The notes under the pieces are model-generated. The model worked only from the letters and a program-made list of their open reading frames with translations. It did not search any database and had not been told where the DNA came from. Below, one piece after another: positions 1-9,713 of a stretch of 64,000 nucleotides of DNA. Source of the stretch: a virus (Duplodnaviria; Caudoviricetes). The stretch lies in the IMG/VR virus record IMGVR_UViG_3300005739_000025; one strand, 5' to 3'. Position numbers and translations under genes: made by a program. Within the stretch, counting starts at the first letter, position 1. The number at the start of each line of letters is the position of its first letter.

Positions 1-771
1 CCAGATTATTTTAATAAGTGCTATCAACATATAAAACAATGTTCGGATGTAGATTTTATTGCTGTTGTAAACGACGGTAAAGACGATGTTAATGTTGAGC
101 AAGACACAATTTATATAAAGCATAAAAAAAATACTGGAGTAGGCAAAAGCAAAAACGATCTCTTTAATGCAGCATTAAAGATTAAAAGTATTGAACATAT
201 ATTCATAGTTGAGGATGATATTATTGTTAAAGATTGTTCAGTTTTTAAAAAATATATAGAAGCAAAAGAATTGACAGGAATTAATCACTTCATGTTTGGC
301 TATCACGGTCCCGCCAACAAGAATAATATATCTAAAGGACCCCCTTGTCCGCGTTACGTAATAGATTATAATATAATCAAATTAGCTATTAACACCCATT
401 CGGTAGGAGCGTTTTGCTATTATAGTAGAGAGTGCTTGGAAAAAGTAGGGTTAATCGACGAAGAGTATTTAAATGCATTTGAACACGTAGATCACGACTA
501 TAGATTAGCAAAAGCAGGGTACACAACACCTTATTGGAATTGGCCCGATCTAGCAAACAGTTGCGATTATTTAGACGAAATAGAATGTTCAGAAAACAGT
601 AGTTCAATTAGACCTAGGACTGATTGGATGGAAAACATTAAAAGAGGAGCTGAAATATTTAGAAAAAAACATACATATTTACCAGCATGGCAAAATGCTG
701 TACCTGATACCCCAAAACCAGAACTTATAAAAGTATTAAAAGAGATTAAGAAAAAGCACGGTAAAAAATGA
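1..771 (+). CDS. Glycosyltransferase family 2 (GT-A), 5'-truncated by the window edge
   Basis: Frame 1 is open from base 1 (PDYFNKCY...IAVVNDG...NTGVGKSKN...IFIVEDDI) into the ORF-track segment; GT2-type VNDG, DxD-like EDD, and AFEHVD motifs. Confidence 0.8.
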   Translation, partial: PDYFNKCYQHIKQCSDVDFIAVVNDGKDDVNVEQDTIYIKHKKNTGVGKSKNDLFNAALKIKSIEHIFIVEDDIIVKDCSVFKKYIEAKELTGINHFMFGYHGPANKNNISKGPPCPRYVIDYNIIKLAINTHSVGAFCYYSRECLEKVGLIDEEYLNAFEHVDHDYRLAKAGYTTPYWNWPDLANSCDYLDEIECSENSSSIRPRTDWMENIKRGAEIFRKKHTYLPAWQNAVPDTPKPELIKVLKEIKKKHGKK

Positions 772-1562
772 TAACATTTATTGTTTATATAAGAAAAGAT
801 TCAGATGAAAGAACTAAAAATTTAAATTTAGTTTTACCGTATTATACTAACTTATTTCCTGATGCTAAATTTATATTCGTAGAAGATAGTAGTGAAAACT
901 ATTTTAGTTACTTAAAAGATAAAAAAAATACCAAATATATATCTGTGTTGAATGATGGTCAGTATAACAAAAGTAAAAGCTACAATGTAGGCTTAGCTTA
1001 TGCAGATACAGATATAGTTTGCTTTTTAGATATAGACTGTATTGTTAGTAAGGAAAATATTCAAAAAGGGATTACAACATCTTTAGAATATAACAATATA
1101 TGTATAGGTTATAATGGAGTTAGTATATATTTCACATATAAAACTAAAAACAGTATAAATGAATCAGATAATCTTTATGATTATCTAGACTGCTTGGTAG
1201 ATAAAAGTAAGCTATATTTAAATTACGAAAATGAATATTATCTGGTTGGTAATCTTAAAGCAGTTGGAGGTTGTTTAATAGGGAGAGATGAGGTGTTTAA
1301 GGAGATTAACGGATTTAATCCTAATATTATTGGTTGGGGATACGAGGATAATGAAATAATAAAACGAGCCCTCAAGTTAGAAATTGATGTATGCTATATT
1401 AATACATCTAAACCTTACCTATTTCATCTCCCTCACGGTGTTGACGGGGTTGATAAAAGCAAACACGAACACTATGAAGAAAACTTTTATCTTTATAACA
1501 AAGTTTGTAATAGTTCAAAACTAAACTTGGAGGAATATATTAAAACATGGTCATTAATTTAG
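768..1562 (+). CDS. GT-A glycosyltransferase with galactosyltransferase (GT7C-like) C-terminal motif
   Basis: FLDIDC (DxD); GGC...FKEINGFNPNIIGWGYEDNE matches the GT7C GWGxED motif; ATGA overlap with upstream gene. Confidence 0.8.
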   Translation: MITFIVYIRKDSDERTKNLNLVLPYYTNLFPDAKFIFVEDSSENYFSYLKDKKNTKYISVLNDGQYNKSKSYNVGLAYADTDIVCFLDIDCIVSKENIQKGITTSLEYNNICIGYNGVSIYFTYKTKNSINESDNLYDYLDCLVDKSKLYLNYENEYYLVGNLKAVGGCLIGRDEVFKEINGFNPNIIGWGYEDNEIIKRALKLEIDVCYINTSKPYLFHLPHGVDGVDKSKHEHYEENFYLYNKVCNSSKLNLEEYIKTWSLI

Positions 1563-2350
1563 TAGATTCTAACTTTGAAGGAAGAGATTTAAAAGCTAAT
1601 CCAAGATTTTTTAAATGGTGCACTGATAATAAACAAGTTAGTGAAAATATATTTTTCACCGACTATCAGTTTAACATGGCTAATAAGTTAAAAACTGGAC
1701 AAAACAAAATAGCATGGTTATTAGAACCAAAAGCAATATTACCGGTAATATACTCGTATATTGAAGAACATTATACAGACTTTTATAAAATATTAACATT
1801 TGATAGAGATTTAATATCTAAAATAGATAACGGTCTATTTTGTCCTTATGGTACGTATTGGGTAGATGACAAAGTTAATTATGAAAAGAAAAGATTAGTC
1901 TCAATCATAGCCTCTTTTAAGAATACTACCAAGGGTCAGAATCTTAGACATAGAATTATAGAAAGCTTCGGTAACAAAATTGATGTTTATGGTAAACATC
2001 CGGACTATAAATTTGTTGAAAGTAAAAATGAAGCATTAGACAATTACTATTTTTCAATAGCGGTAGAAAATTCAATTCAAAATAGCTATTGGACAGAAAA
2101 ACTTTTAGATTGTTTTATGACAAAAACAATTCCAATATATTATGGAACTAGAGATGTTGTAAACTTCTTTAATAAAAGGGGAATAATATTTTTTGATAAT
2201 ATAGAACAGCTAAACTATATTTTAAACAATATATCACCTGACATTTATGAGGAGAGAAAAGAGTTTATCGAAGAAAACTATAATCTCGCAAAACAATATA
2301 AGGATCCAGAAGATTATATTTTCTACAACTATAAGGAACTACTAAAATGA
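1547..2350 (+). CDS. GT10-like (alpha-1,3-fucosyltransferase-like) glycosyltransferase
   Basis: YYFSIAVENS...YWTEKLLDCF...TIPIYYG is the GT10 alpha-1,3-FucT motif. Confidence 0.8.
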   Translation: MVINLVDSNFEGRDLKANPRFFKWCTDNKQVSENIFFTDYQFNMANKLKTGQNKIAWLLEPKAILPVIYSYIEEHYTDFYKILTFDRDLISKIDNGLFCPYGTYWVDDKVNYEKKRLVSIIASFKNTTKGQNLRHRIIESFGNKIDVYGKHPDYKFVESKNEALDNYYFSIAVENSIQNSYWTEKLLDCFMTKTIPIYYGTRDVVNFFNKRGIIFFDNIEQLNYILNNISPDIYEERKEFIEENYNLAKQYKDPEDYIFYNYKELLK

Positions 2351-3021
2351 CAGTAGACGTAATTATTCTTTCATATACAAAGAACGTTCAATATTATAAT
2401 ATACTACAAAAGTGTCTCACCACACTTAAGGCGTCCGAGGGTGTTGATGTTAATACTATAGTTGTTGAGACTAATAAAAAACTTAAGGACAAGTTAGATA
2501 CCCTTAAATTACCTATAGACAAATTCATAGTCCCAGACGATGAAAAGTTTAATTATAATAAATTTCAAAACTATGGACTAGAACATAGTAAAAACGATTA
2601 TATTTGTTTTTCCAATAATGACGTATTTTACGAGAAAGATACTCTTAAGACATTAGTAAAACATTTAGACAAATACGATTCGGTTAGTCCCTGGGAAAGA
2701 AGAATGTCATATATGTTTTTCCCTAAACCAGGCATTTATGAAGGCTATTCTTCTAGACAATATGTAACTGGATGGTGTATTATGACAAAACGTAAAACCT
2801 TGGATATAATTGGTAAAATGGATGAGAAATTTTCGTTCTGGTTTGCAGATGACGATTACTCTAAAATGCTTCAAATTAACAACCTTAAGCATGCTCTAAT
2901 TGGCGACGCGGTTGTTGATCATATGGTAGGACAAAGTCATGATTTATGGCCTCCTGAAGAAAGACATAATCAGACTGACGGGTTGGGTAAGGTGTTTGAA
3001 GAAAAATGGAACAAAAAATGA
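2347..3021 (+). CDS. Glycosyltransferase family 2
   Basis: IVVETN, FNYNKFQNYG, ICFSNNDV, GWC...GKMDEKFSFWFADDD. Confidence 0.8.
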   Translation: MTVDVIILSYTKNVQYYNILQKCLTTLKASEGVDVNTIVVETNKKLKDKLDTLKLPIDKFIVPDDEKFNYNKFQNYGLEHSKNDYICFSNNDVFYEKDTLKTLVKHLDKYDSVSPWERRMSYMFFPKPGIYEGYSSRQYVTGWCIMTKRKTLDIIGKMDEKFSFWFADDDYSKMLQINNLKHALIGDAVVDHMVGQSHDLWPPEERHNQTDGLGKVFEEKWNKK

Positions 3022-3851
3022 ACATATATGTAACTATGCCTGGTAATAGAATGGCAGGTTTAATGTCATACTTTATACAAGCAGTTAGTAATTTTAAAGT
3101 AATAGATAATACACAAGATAAGATGTATATCAAATACGACCACAATATGCTGTATTTGGATATGTCTAAATTAGAACTTAATGTATGGGATTATTATTTT
3201 GAACAACCATTTACTTTTACAAAAGAAGAAATTAAAGAAGCTAACGTTATTAAAGATGTATGGTTTAAAGGGGGTTTAGGAGTGTTTCCCACTAGACCTT
3301 CAGCTGAACTATACAAAGAAGCAAATAATCTAATTAAGAAGTATGTTAAGTTAAAAGAGTATACTCAAAATAAACTTGATACCTTTTATACTGAATCTGG
3401 CTTAAAGGATAGTAAATTTTTAGCTATACACAAAAGAGGAACCGATCACCATACTATGGACGCCGAACATCTTTTACCATTAATTAGGCCAGTTATAGCT
3501 TTAGAAAATTTCTTTAAACATACTGATGAAGTAGTAGATGATTTTGATAAAATTTTAATCTGCTCTGATGAAGAAGATATTGTTAATAAGTTTAAACAGA
3601 GATATGGTAATAAGATTGTTAGTTACGATAGTATAAGATCGTTAGATAGTAAACCTATTGGCATACATTACAGTATAGGAAGACAGAACCCTTATAAAAT
3701 GGGGGAAGATATTATTCTGGAAGTTTATTTAATGTCCAGAGCTCACACAATTATGAGAACAGTTTCAAACGTTTCCATATCAGTCATAATGTTGAATAAT
3801 GACATTAACGTTATTAATATAGATAAAGAAATTAACTACGAAAACCTATGA
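3018..3851 (+). CDS. NodZ/GT23-like (O-fucosyltransferase fold) glycosyltransferase
   Basis: LAIHKRGTDH, ILICSDEE, EDIILEVYLMSRAH...SNVS; start placed at ATG 3018 (ATGA overlap). Confidence 0.7.
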   Translation: MNIYVTMPGNRMAGLMSYFIQAVSNFKVIDNTQDKMYIKYDHNMLYLDMSKLELNVWDYYFEQPFTFTKEEIKEANVIKDVWFKGGLGVFPTRPSAELYKEANNLIKKYVKLKEYTQNKLDTFYTESGLKDSKFLAIHKRGTDHHTMDAEHLLPLIRPVIALENFFKHTDEVVDDFDKILICSDEEDIVNKFKQRYGNKIVSYDSIRSLDSKPIGIHYSIGRQNPYKMGEDIILEVYLMSRAHTIMRTVSNVSISVIMLNNDINVINIDKEINYENL

Positions 3852-5146
3852 TTAATCTAAAAAATACTACCCTTGTTGTTGTCGATACTAAACAGCCTCA
3901 TTTAGCTGTAAAAGCTTTAGAAAAAACTTGTGAAAGCATTGACTTTAAAAGAGTAATTTTATTTTCCGATAAAAAGCCTTTTAATTTTAATAATAAATTT
4001 GAATTTATAGAGATTCCTAATATTACAAATTTAGTTGAGTATAGTAAATTTATTGTTAATAAGCTCCCTGATTATATTGATACAGATTTTGTTTTTAGTA
4101 TACATCATGATGGTTTTGTTATAAACCCAGATAAATGGAATGATGATTTCTTAAAATATGACTGGATAGGTGCTCCTTGGAAAAAAGACGCACATTTCTT
4201 ATACAAAGGTGAAAGAGTAGGAAATGGTGGGGTATCTATTAGAAGTAAAAAATTAATGGATCTTGCTAAAATGTATGATTGCGATAACCATGAAGATACA
4301 TTTATATGTTGCAACTTAAGACCGTTTTTAGCTAATAAAGGTATAAAATTTGCTCCATTAGATTTAGCTGCAAAATTTTCAATAGAATTTGGAAGTGATG
4401 ATTTAAATGTAGAGTTTGAAGATGTTTTTGCCTTTCACGGCAAACACACACCTAAACATATTAATGAAATTAAAAATCTACACTTCAAGTACTACAAAGA
4501 AGATCTAATTAAAATGGATCAAGAACAACTTAAAGCTTGGCTAAGAGAAGAAGCAGGTAGCAGCCAACCGGACTATTTTTATTGTAAAACAAAAGGTAAT
4601 TTAACCCTACAACAAATACCAGAAGAATATTTTGAATTGCTTCAAATATTTAAAAATTCTAATATTAAAACATATCTTGAGCTAGGTGTAGCCAACGGTG
4701 GGAGCTTTTTTGTAAATTCTATATTTTTACAAAATACAGCAGAACAATTACATTGTGTAGATAATTTAGCTTACAAAGACACCCATGTTAAGCAGACTAA
4801 AGAAAAGATAGAATCTAAAGTTAATAAGCTTAAAGAATTATTCCCTGAAAAAGAATTTAAATTCTTTAATTCCACAACAGATGAATTTTTTGCTCAAAAT
4901 AAAAAGACCTACGATTGTATTTTTATAGATGCAGATCATTCCTATGAAGGAGTTAAAAAAGATTTTGAAAATGCTTTAGAGGTCCTGAACGAAAATGGCA
5001 TATTAATATTCCATGATATTGCTAACGCTGAAGTAGGTGTTTGTAAATTGTGGAATGAAATAAAAGACAATTTTAAAGATAGCAAAGAATTTAAGTACTC
5101 TGCAGTTGAATGGTATAATTGCGGTATTGGAGTAATTTATACATAA
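3848..5146 (+). CDS. DUF5672-like domain fused to a class I SAM methyltransferase (Methyltransf_24-like)
   Basis: N-half HHDGFV...YDWIGAPW...VGNGGVSIRS; C-half YLELGVANGGS...YDCIFIDADHSYEGVKKDF...ILIFHDI. Confidence 0.75.
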   Translation: MINLKNTTLVVVDTKQPHLAVKALEKTCESIDFKRVILFSDKKPFNFNNKFEFIEIPNITNLVEYSKFIVNKLPDYIDTDFVFSIHHDGFVINPDKWNDDFLKYDWIGAPWKKDAHFLYKGERVGNGGVSIRSKKLMDLAKMYDCDNHEDTFICCNLRPFLANKGIKFAPLDLAAKFSIEFGSDDLNVEFEDVFAFHGKHTPKHINEIKNLHFKYYKEDLIKMDQEQLKAWLREEAGSSQPDYFYCKTKGNLTLQQIPEEYFELLQIFKNSNIKTYLELGVANGGSFFVNSIFLQNTAEQLHCVDNLAYKDTHVKQTKEKIESKVNKLKELFPEKEFKFFNSTTDEFFAQNKKTYDCIFIDADHSYEGVKKDFENALEVLNENGILIFHDIANAEVGVCKLWNEIKDNFKDSKEFKYSAVEWYNCGIGVIYT

Positions 5147-5934
5147 TGGGTAATGAGCTTAATGTTAAAATAGCGGTTAATTCCGTCATTTCTCACTCAC
5201 GTAAATCTATTCCAATTTTAGTTGAATCTTTACTATTGGCGGGTTTTAAGGAGACAGATATATTAATCGTTGAAGGTGGGTATACAGAAAGAACAGTAGA
5301 AGATCATTTAGGTTTAAAATATATTAAAACAGACCATAACTCAATTGATTTTACAGGGCTAATAGAGATAGTAGAACACAGTATACCAGCTGATTATTGG
5401 TTCTACATGCATGATACTGCTGCTGTAGGTAAAAATTTTAGAAATATATTATTAGAGAAATTAGATACAAATTATCAAAAAATTGCTTTATACGATAGTA
5501 GAGCCTCAATGAATATAGGAGCCTATAAATTTGACTATCTAATGAAACATAGAAATTATTTATTAACTAGAAAAAATACTGATTATTCTAGGTTTAGTAT
5601 ATTAGAAGCAAAGCGGGTAGCTACAATGCAGGAAGATTTACTGCTTTGGAAATTAGGCGATACACCTTGTGGCTGTTTTGGTACAGATAGATTAGAACCT
5701 ACACCTCCAGAAGATTTAAAGTATCTTACAGATGTTCTTAAGGTAGATCTCAATCCAATTAACGTTGAGCTATATGATGGAGAACAAACTATAGTTTGCT
5801 ATAGACCTTACGGGGAAGAGTTTGCACCTAGATTGATAGAGTATTATAAACATTTAGATTTTTATAAATTTAAATCTAATTATGGTGCAAATAACCCTAC
5901 AGGTGATAGAGAAAAATTTGTAATAAATTTATAG
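5146..5934 (+). CDS. Hypothetical protein, possibly GT-A-like
   Basis: ATG 5146 overlaps the upstream TAA (TAATG); WFYMHDT resembles a GT-A metal-binding segment; operon context. Confidence 0.45.
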   Translation: MGNELNVKIAVNSVISHSRKSIPILVESLLLAGFKETDILIVEGGYTERTVEDHLGLKYIKTDHNSIDFTGLIEIVEHSIPADYWFYMHDTAAVGKNFRNILLEKLDTNYQKIALYDSRASMNIGAYKFDYLMKHRNYLLTRKNTDYSRFSILEAKRVATMQEDLLLWKLGDTPCGCFGTDRLEPTPPEDLKYLTDVLKVDLNPINVELYDGEQTIVCYRPYGEEFAPRLIEYYKHLDFYKFKSNYGANNPTGDREKFVINL

Positions 5935-5935
5935 T

Positions 5936-6580
5936 ATGAATATAGTTGGAAAACTTATAAGCAATTATAAGCCTAACAATAACAAATTGTTTAATTTTGT
6001 TATACCAACTTTTGAAGGCGGTTATAAACTTGAAGTTATAATAAATTGTTTATTAGCTCAAACTAAACAAAATCATCATATTACAGTAGTTTCAGACGGA
6101 CCAGAAGATAATACAATAAAACAATTACAGAAGTATTATAATTTAGAAAACTTCAGTTATTATACTTTAGATCGTAGATATAATGACTGGGGCCATACAC
6201 CTAGAAATTTTGGTCTTTATCAATCTGAATGTTTGTTTACAATAATGACGGGGTTTGATAATTATTATATGCCAGTATTTGTGAATTCTTTTGAAAAAAA
6301 ATACTTAGATAATAATAATGTAGGTTTTATATATTGTGATTTTGTTTTAAATCATCCTAGAGAAGGTGTCTGGTATCACAAATATTTGGATGCAAAAGTA
6401 ATTAATAGTAGTATTGATATAGGTTGCTTTGCTGCAAGAACAGATATAATTAAAGAAGTAGGTTTAAGAAACGATGTTTTCGCTGCTGATTGGTATCTTA
6501 TAGAAGGTATGTTACCTAAATTTGAGCAAAGAAATCTACAGATAGAAAAAGTGAATCAAACTTTATATGTCCACAACTGA
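5936..6580 (+). CDS. Glycosyltransferase family 2
   Basis: FVIPTFE, ITVVSDGP, RYNDWGHTPRN, IMTGFDNYY, FAADW. Confidence 0.8.
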   Translation: MNIVGKLISNYKPNNNKLFNFVIPTFEGGYKLEVIINCLLAQTKQNHHITVVSDGPEDNTIKQLQKYYNLENFSYYTLDRRYNDWGHTPRNFGLYQSECLFTIMTGFDNYYMPVFVNSFEKKYLDNNNVGFIYCDFVLNHPREGVWYHKYLDAKVINSSIDIGCFAARTDIIKEVGLRNDVFAADWYLIEGMLPKFEQRNLQIEKVNQTLYVHN

Positions 6581-7310
6581 TCCAACAATTACAGTAGTAG
6601 CAATTGCTTATAATGAAGAGGAGATGATGCCGTTCTTCTTAAATCATTACAGTAAATTTTGTGAACATATAGTTATCTACGATAACCATTCTACTGATAA
6701 TACAGAAAAAATTTGTAACGCTTTTGATAAGTGTAAAGTTACTGTGGTTAAGTATGATACTAATAACACATTAAATGATGAAAAATATCTTGAAATAAAA
6801 AACAATGTATACAGGGATTACAATACCGATTATTGTATTGTTGTAGATTCTGATGAATTTCTGTACCATGAAAATATGAAAGATTTTCTTAAACAACATA
6901 AAGATGTTAGTGTTTTTAAACCTCAAGGTTATAACATGATCTCTGAAGTATTTCCCAAAGGCGAAGACATAATGGAGGTTAAGACTGGAGCACCAGAGAT
7001 AAACTACTGCAAAAAGTGTCTATTTAAAATTAAAGATATAGGTAGAATAAACTATATTATGGGGTGTCACGCTGGTGACTTCTACGACCATAACGGTAAT
7101 ATGATAGAACCTGTTTATAACAGCGACTTAAAACTCTTACATTATAAAAATCTATCTTTTGAGTATAGATATAACAGAAGCGTTTTATTTGAAAAGAGAA
7201 TGAGCGAGTTTAATAGATCTACAGGATTCGGTATACATTATACCTTTACTAGAGATAGACAACTAGCAGAATTTAATGTATTGCTTTCACAAGCAACAAA
7301 AGTAATATAA
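6567..7310 (+). CDS. Glycosyltransferase family 2 (Glyco_tranf_2_4/GT92-like)
   Basis: AIAYNEE...FFLNHY...IVIYDNHSTD...CIVVDSDEFL. Confidence 0.8.
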   Translation: MSTTDPTITVVAIAYNEEEMMPFFLNHYSKFCEHIVIYDNHSTDNTEKICNAFDKCKVTVVKYDTNNTLNDEKYLEIKNNVYRDYNTDYCIVVDSDEFLYHENMKDFLKQHKDVSVFKPQGYNMISEVFPKGEDIMEVKTGAPEINYCKKCLFKIKDIGRINYIMGCHAGDFYDHNGNMIEPVYNSDLKLLHYKNLSFEYRYNRSVLFEKRMSEFNRSTGFGIHYTFTRDRQLAEFNVLLSQATKVI

Positions 7311-7314
7311 TATT

Positions 7315-7860
7315 ATGCCTACAGAAACAGGAATTTATTTAAAAGAAGAAATAGAATACGGTCATTTACATTCTAAAAGTTTATTGAATAATATAACTCA
7401 TATTATCGATAATAGTTTACCAGTAATAGACTTTGGTTGCGGAACAGGTTATTATGTGGAAGAGCTTAATAAAAAGGGTTATAAAGCTATAGGAGTTGAC
7501 GGTATATACATAGGCGATAATAAGGATATTAAAATTTTAGATATATCTGAACATGTTGATTTAGGTATAAAAGGAAATGTTATATCTCTTGAGGTTGGAG
7601 AACATATACCTGAACAAAAAGAAGATATTTTTATTAGCAATTTAATTAATCACTGTTCTAATATTTTAATACTATCTTGGGCTGTGGAAGGACAAATGGG
7701 TATAGGACATATAAATTGTAAAAATAATAACTATATAATTAATAAATTAATAGATTACGGTTTTGAGTTTAGTGAAAATATGACAAAAATTTTAAAACAT
7801 AACATTGAACAGCATTGTAACTATTTTTATAACACTTTAATGGGATTTAAAAAAATATGA
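7315..7860 (+). CDS. SAM-dependent methyltransferase
   Basis: VIDFGCGTG SAM motif I; ISLEVGEHI; GIGHINC. Confidence 0.8.
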   Translation: MPTETGIYLKEEIEYGHLHSKSLLNNITHIIDNSLPVIDFGCGTGYYVEELNKKGYKAIGVDGIYIGDNKDIKILDISEHVDLGIKGNVISLEVGEHIPEQKEDIFISNLINHCSNILILSWAVEGQMGIGHINCKNNNYIINKLIDYGFEFSENMTKILKHNIEQHCNYFYNTLMGFKKI

Positions 7861-8501
7861 CACCAATTTCTGTAGTTTTAACTTCTTGTGGAAGACATGA
7901 CTTGTTAGATCAAACAATAGTCTCTTTTAACAACACAAATACCTACCCTATAGATGAATTTATAATAATAAATGATTCCGGTAAAGATGAAGATTTTGAT
8001 TATTTAAGAAAAAAATATACTCCAAATTTTAAAATAATTCATAATAATAAACAATTAGGTCAACTAAAGACTATAGATAAGGCATATGACTTTGCTAATA
8101 ATTTCTACATATTTCATTTAGAAGACGATTGGTTATTTGAAGAAAAAAATTATTATATCGAAAATTCACTATCAATTTTGGATAATAATTACGATATTCA
8201 CCAAGTTTGGCTTAGACATGAATATGATAATCCTCATAAATGTAAAACTGAAGAAATAGATTTAGATGGGGTAAAGGCATTTGAAGTTGAACGCAATTAT
8301 CAAGATGTTTGGAATGGGTTTTCTTTTAACCCAGGTTTAAGAAGAAAGACAGATTATAATACTATGTTTCCTAATGGATATTCAGAATTTGCAGACGAAA
8401 AAGAGTGTGCAATTCAATCAGCAAAATTTGATTATAAAGTTATTAGATTAAAAAACACCACTTGTAGACATTTAGGTTATGGAAGATCAACAAGTAATTG
8501 A
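7857..8501 (+). CDS. Glycosyltransferase family 2
   Basis: VVLTSCGRHDLL, IIINDSG, YIFHLEDDW, FSFNPGLRR. Confidence 0.75.
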   Translation: MTPISVVLTSCGRHDLLDQTIVSFNNTNTYPIDEFIIINDSGKDEDFDYLRKKYTPNFKIIHNNKQLGQLKTIDKAYDFANNFYIFHLEDDWLFEEKNYYIENSLSILDNNYDIHQVWLRHEYDNPHKCKTEEIDLDGVKAFEVERNYQDVWNGFSFNPGLRRKTDYNTMFPNGYSEFADEKECAIQSAKFDYKVIRLKNTTCRHLGYGRSTSN

Positions 8502-9147
8502 AAATTTAATTTTAGGAGAGACCTGTTTACTTAATGTTCAATTAAGAAGATTGGGTATTACTTCAGGACCGCATAATATTTTCGATAACGCTTTAGTAAA
8601 CTTGGACGGTGTATATGAGATCGTTAATAATGATTTTCAAGATATGATATCTAGCTGTGATTTCAAACGCTATACATTTTACCCAGACCATAACATTTCC
8701 TACAGCAAGTTTATTAGTTCAAAATATACTTTAGATAAAGATAATATATTTTCCTGGGATGTATTTTCACATTTTCACACAGACTCGTTATCTCAAGATA
8801 TTATAGATAGTTTAGAAAGAAAAATACAACGAACAAAATTGTTATTTGAAAATAAAAATAAGCTAAGATTGTTCTATTACTATAGATATAGTAAAAAATA
8901 TAATATAGAGAAATTAAAAGAAAAAATTAATGAATTTTTAAATCTTTTGAAATTTAAATATAATAAAGAATTTAAGTTTGTTTTATTGACTAACAATATA
9001 GTAGAAAATAATAAAAACTTAATTTACATTAACGATAGTTTTCAACATTTTCATTTTGATACAGTAAATTCTTGGATTGGGATAGATGAAAATTGGGATG
9101 GTAAGAGTGATAATGATTTATTCGATTTAATGAAGGAGAAGCTATGA
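8479..9147 (+). CDS. DUF1796-like (putative papain-like peptidase) protein
   Basis: ILGETCLLNVQLRRLG...SGPHNIFD resembles the DUF1796 SLGxxC...QL...SxPFD N-terminus. Confidence 0.5.
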   Translation: MEDQQVIENLILGETCLLNVQLRRLGITSGPHNIFDNALVNLDGVYEIVNNDFQDMISSCDFKRYTFYPDHNISYSKFISSKYTLDKDNIFSWDVFSHFHTDSLSQDIIDSLERKIQRTKLLFENKNKLRLFYYYRYSKKYNIEKLKEKINEFLNLLKFKYNKEFKFVLLTNNIVENNKNLIYINDSFQHFHFDTVNSWIGIDENWDGKSDNDLFDLMKEKL

Positions 9148-9713
9148 AAACCCTTATAGTATCTAGATTTAATGAAGATTTAGATTGGTTATATAAAGTT
9201 AAAGATTGGAAAATAGCTCTATACAACAAAGGTCAAGATATTAATTTAGATTGTATAAAACTACCTAATGTTGGTAGAGAGGCAGAAACTTATCTCAACT
9301 TTATTGTTAACAACTACGATACTTTAAAAGGAATATATGCATTTTTTCAGGGTTATCCCTATGGACATGGTTTAAGTAATAATGAAAATATAATTTCAGA
9401 TTTAGAAAGTATAAATGAAAATTTAGGTTTTCAATTTTTTAAAAATTCTAGAATTTTGTACTGTGACCATAGAGGGTTACCAGATCATGACACAGGGTTA
9501 AATATTAAAGATTACGTAAGTAAGTATAATATAAAAATACCAGAAGTATTGACGTTTTCACCAGGAGCTCAATTTGTCGTAAAGGCTGAAAATATTAAGC
9601 TCAGAGATAAAACATTTTATATAAATTTACTCAATTCAGTTAACTACGATATCAAACCGGTAGAAAGTTATATTTTAGAAAGATTATGGAAATACATTTT
9701 TGAAAATGAATAA
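9144..9713 (+). CDS. DUF3431 family protein
   Basis: IVSRFNEDLDWL, LPNVGREAETYL, FFQGYP, GAQFVV, YILERLWKYIF. Confidence 0.8.
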   Translation: MKTLIVSRFNEDLDWLYKVKDWKIALYNKGQDINLDCIKLPNVGREAETYLNFIVNNYDTLKGIYAFFQGYPYGHGLSNNENIISDLESINENLGFQFFKNSRILYCDHRGLPDHDTGLNIKDYVSKYNIKIPEVLTFSPGAQFVVKAENIKLRDKTFYINLLNSVNYDIKPVESYILERLWKYIFENE

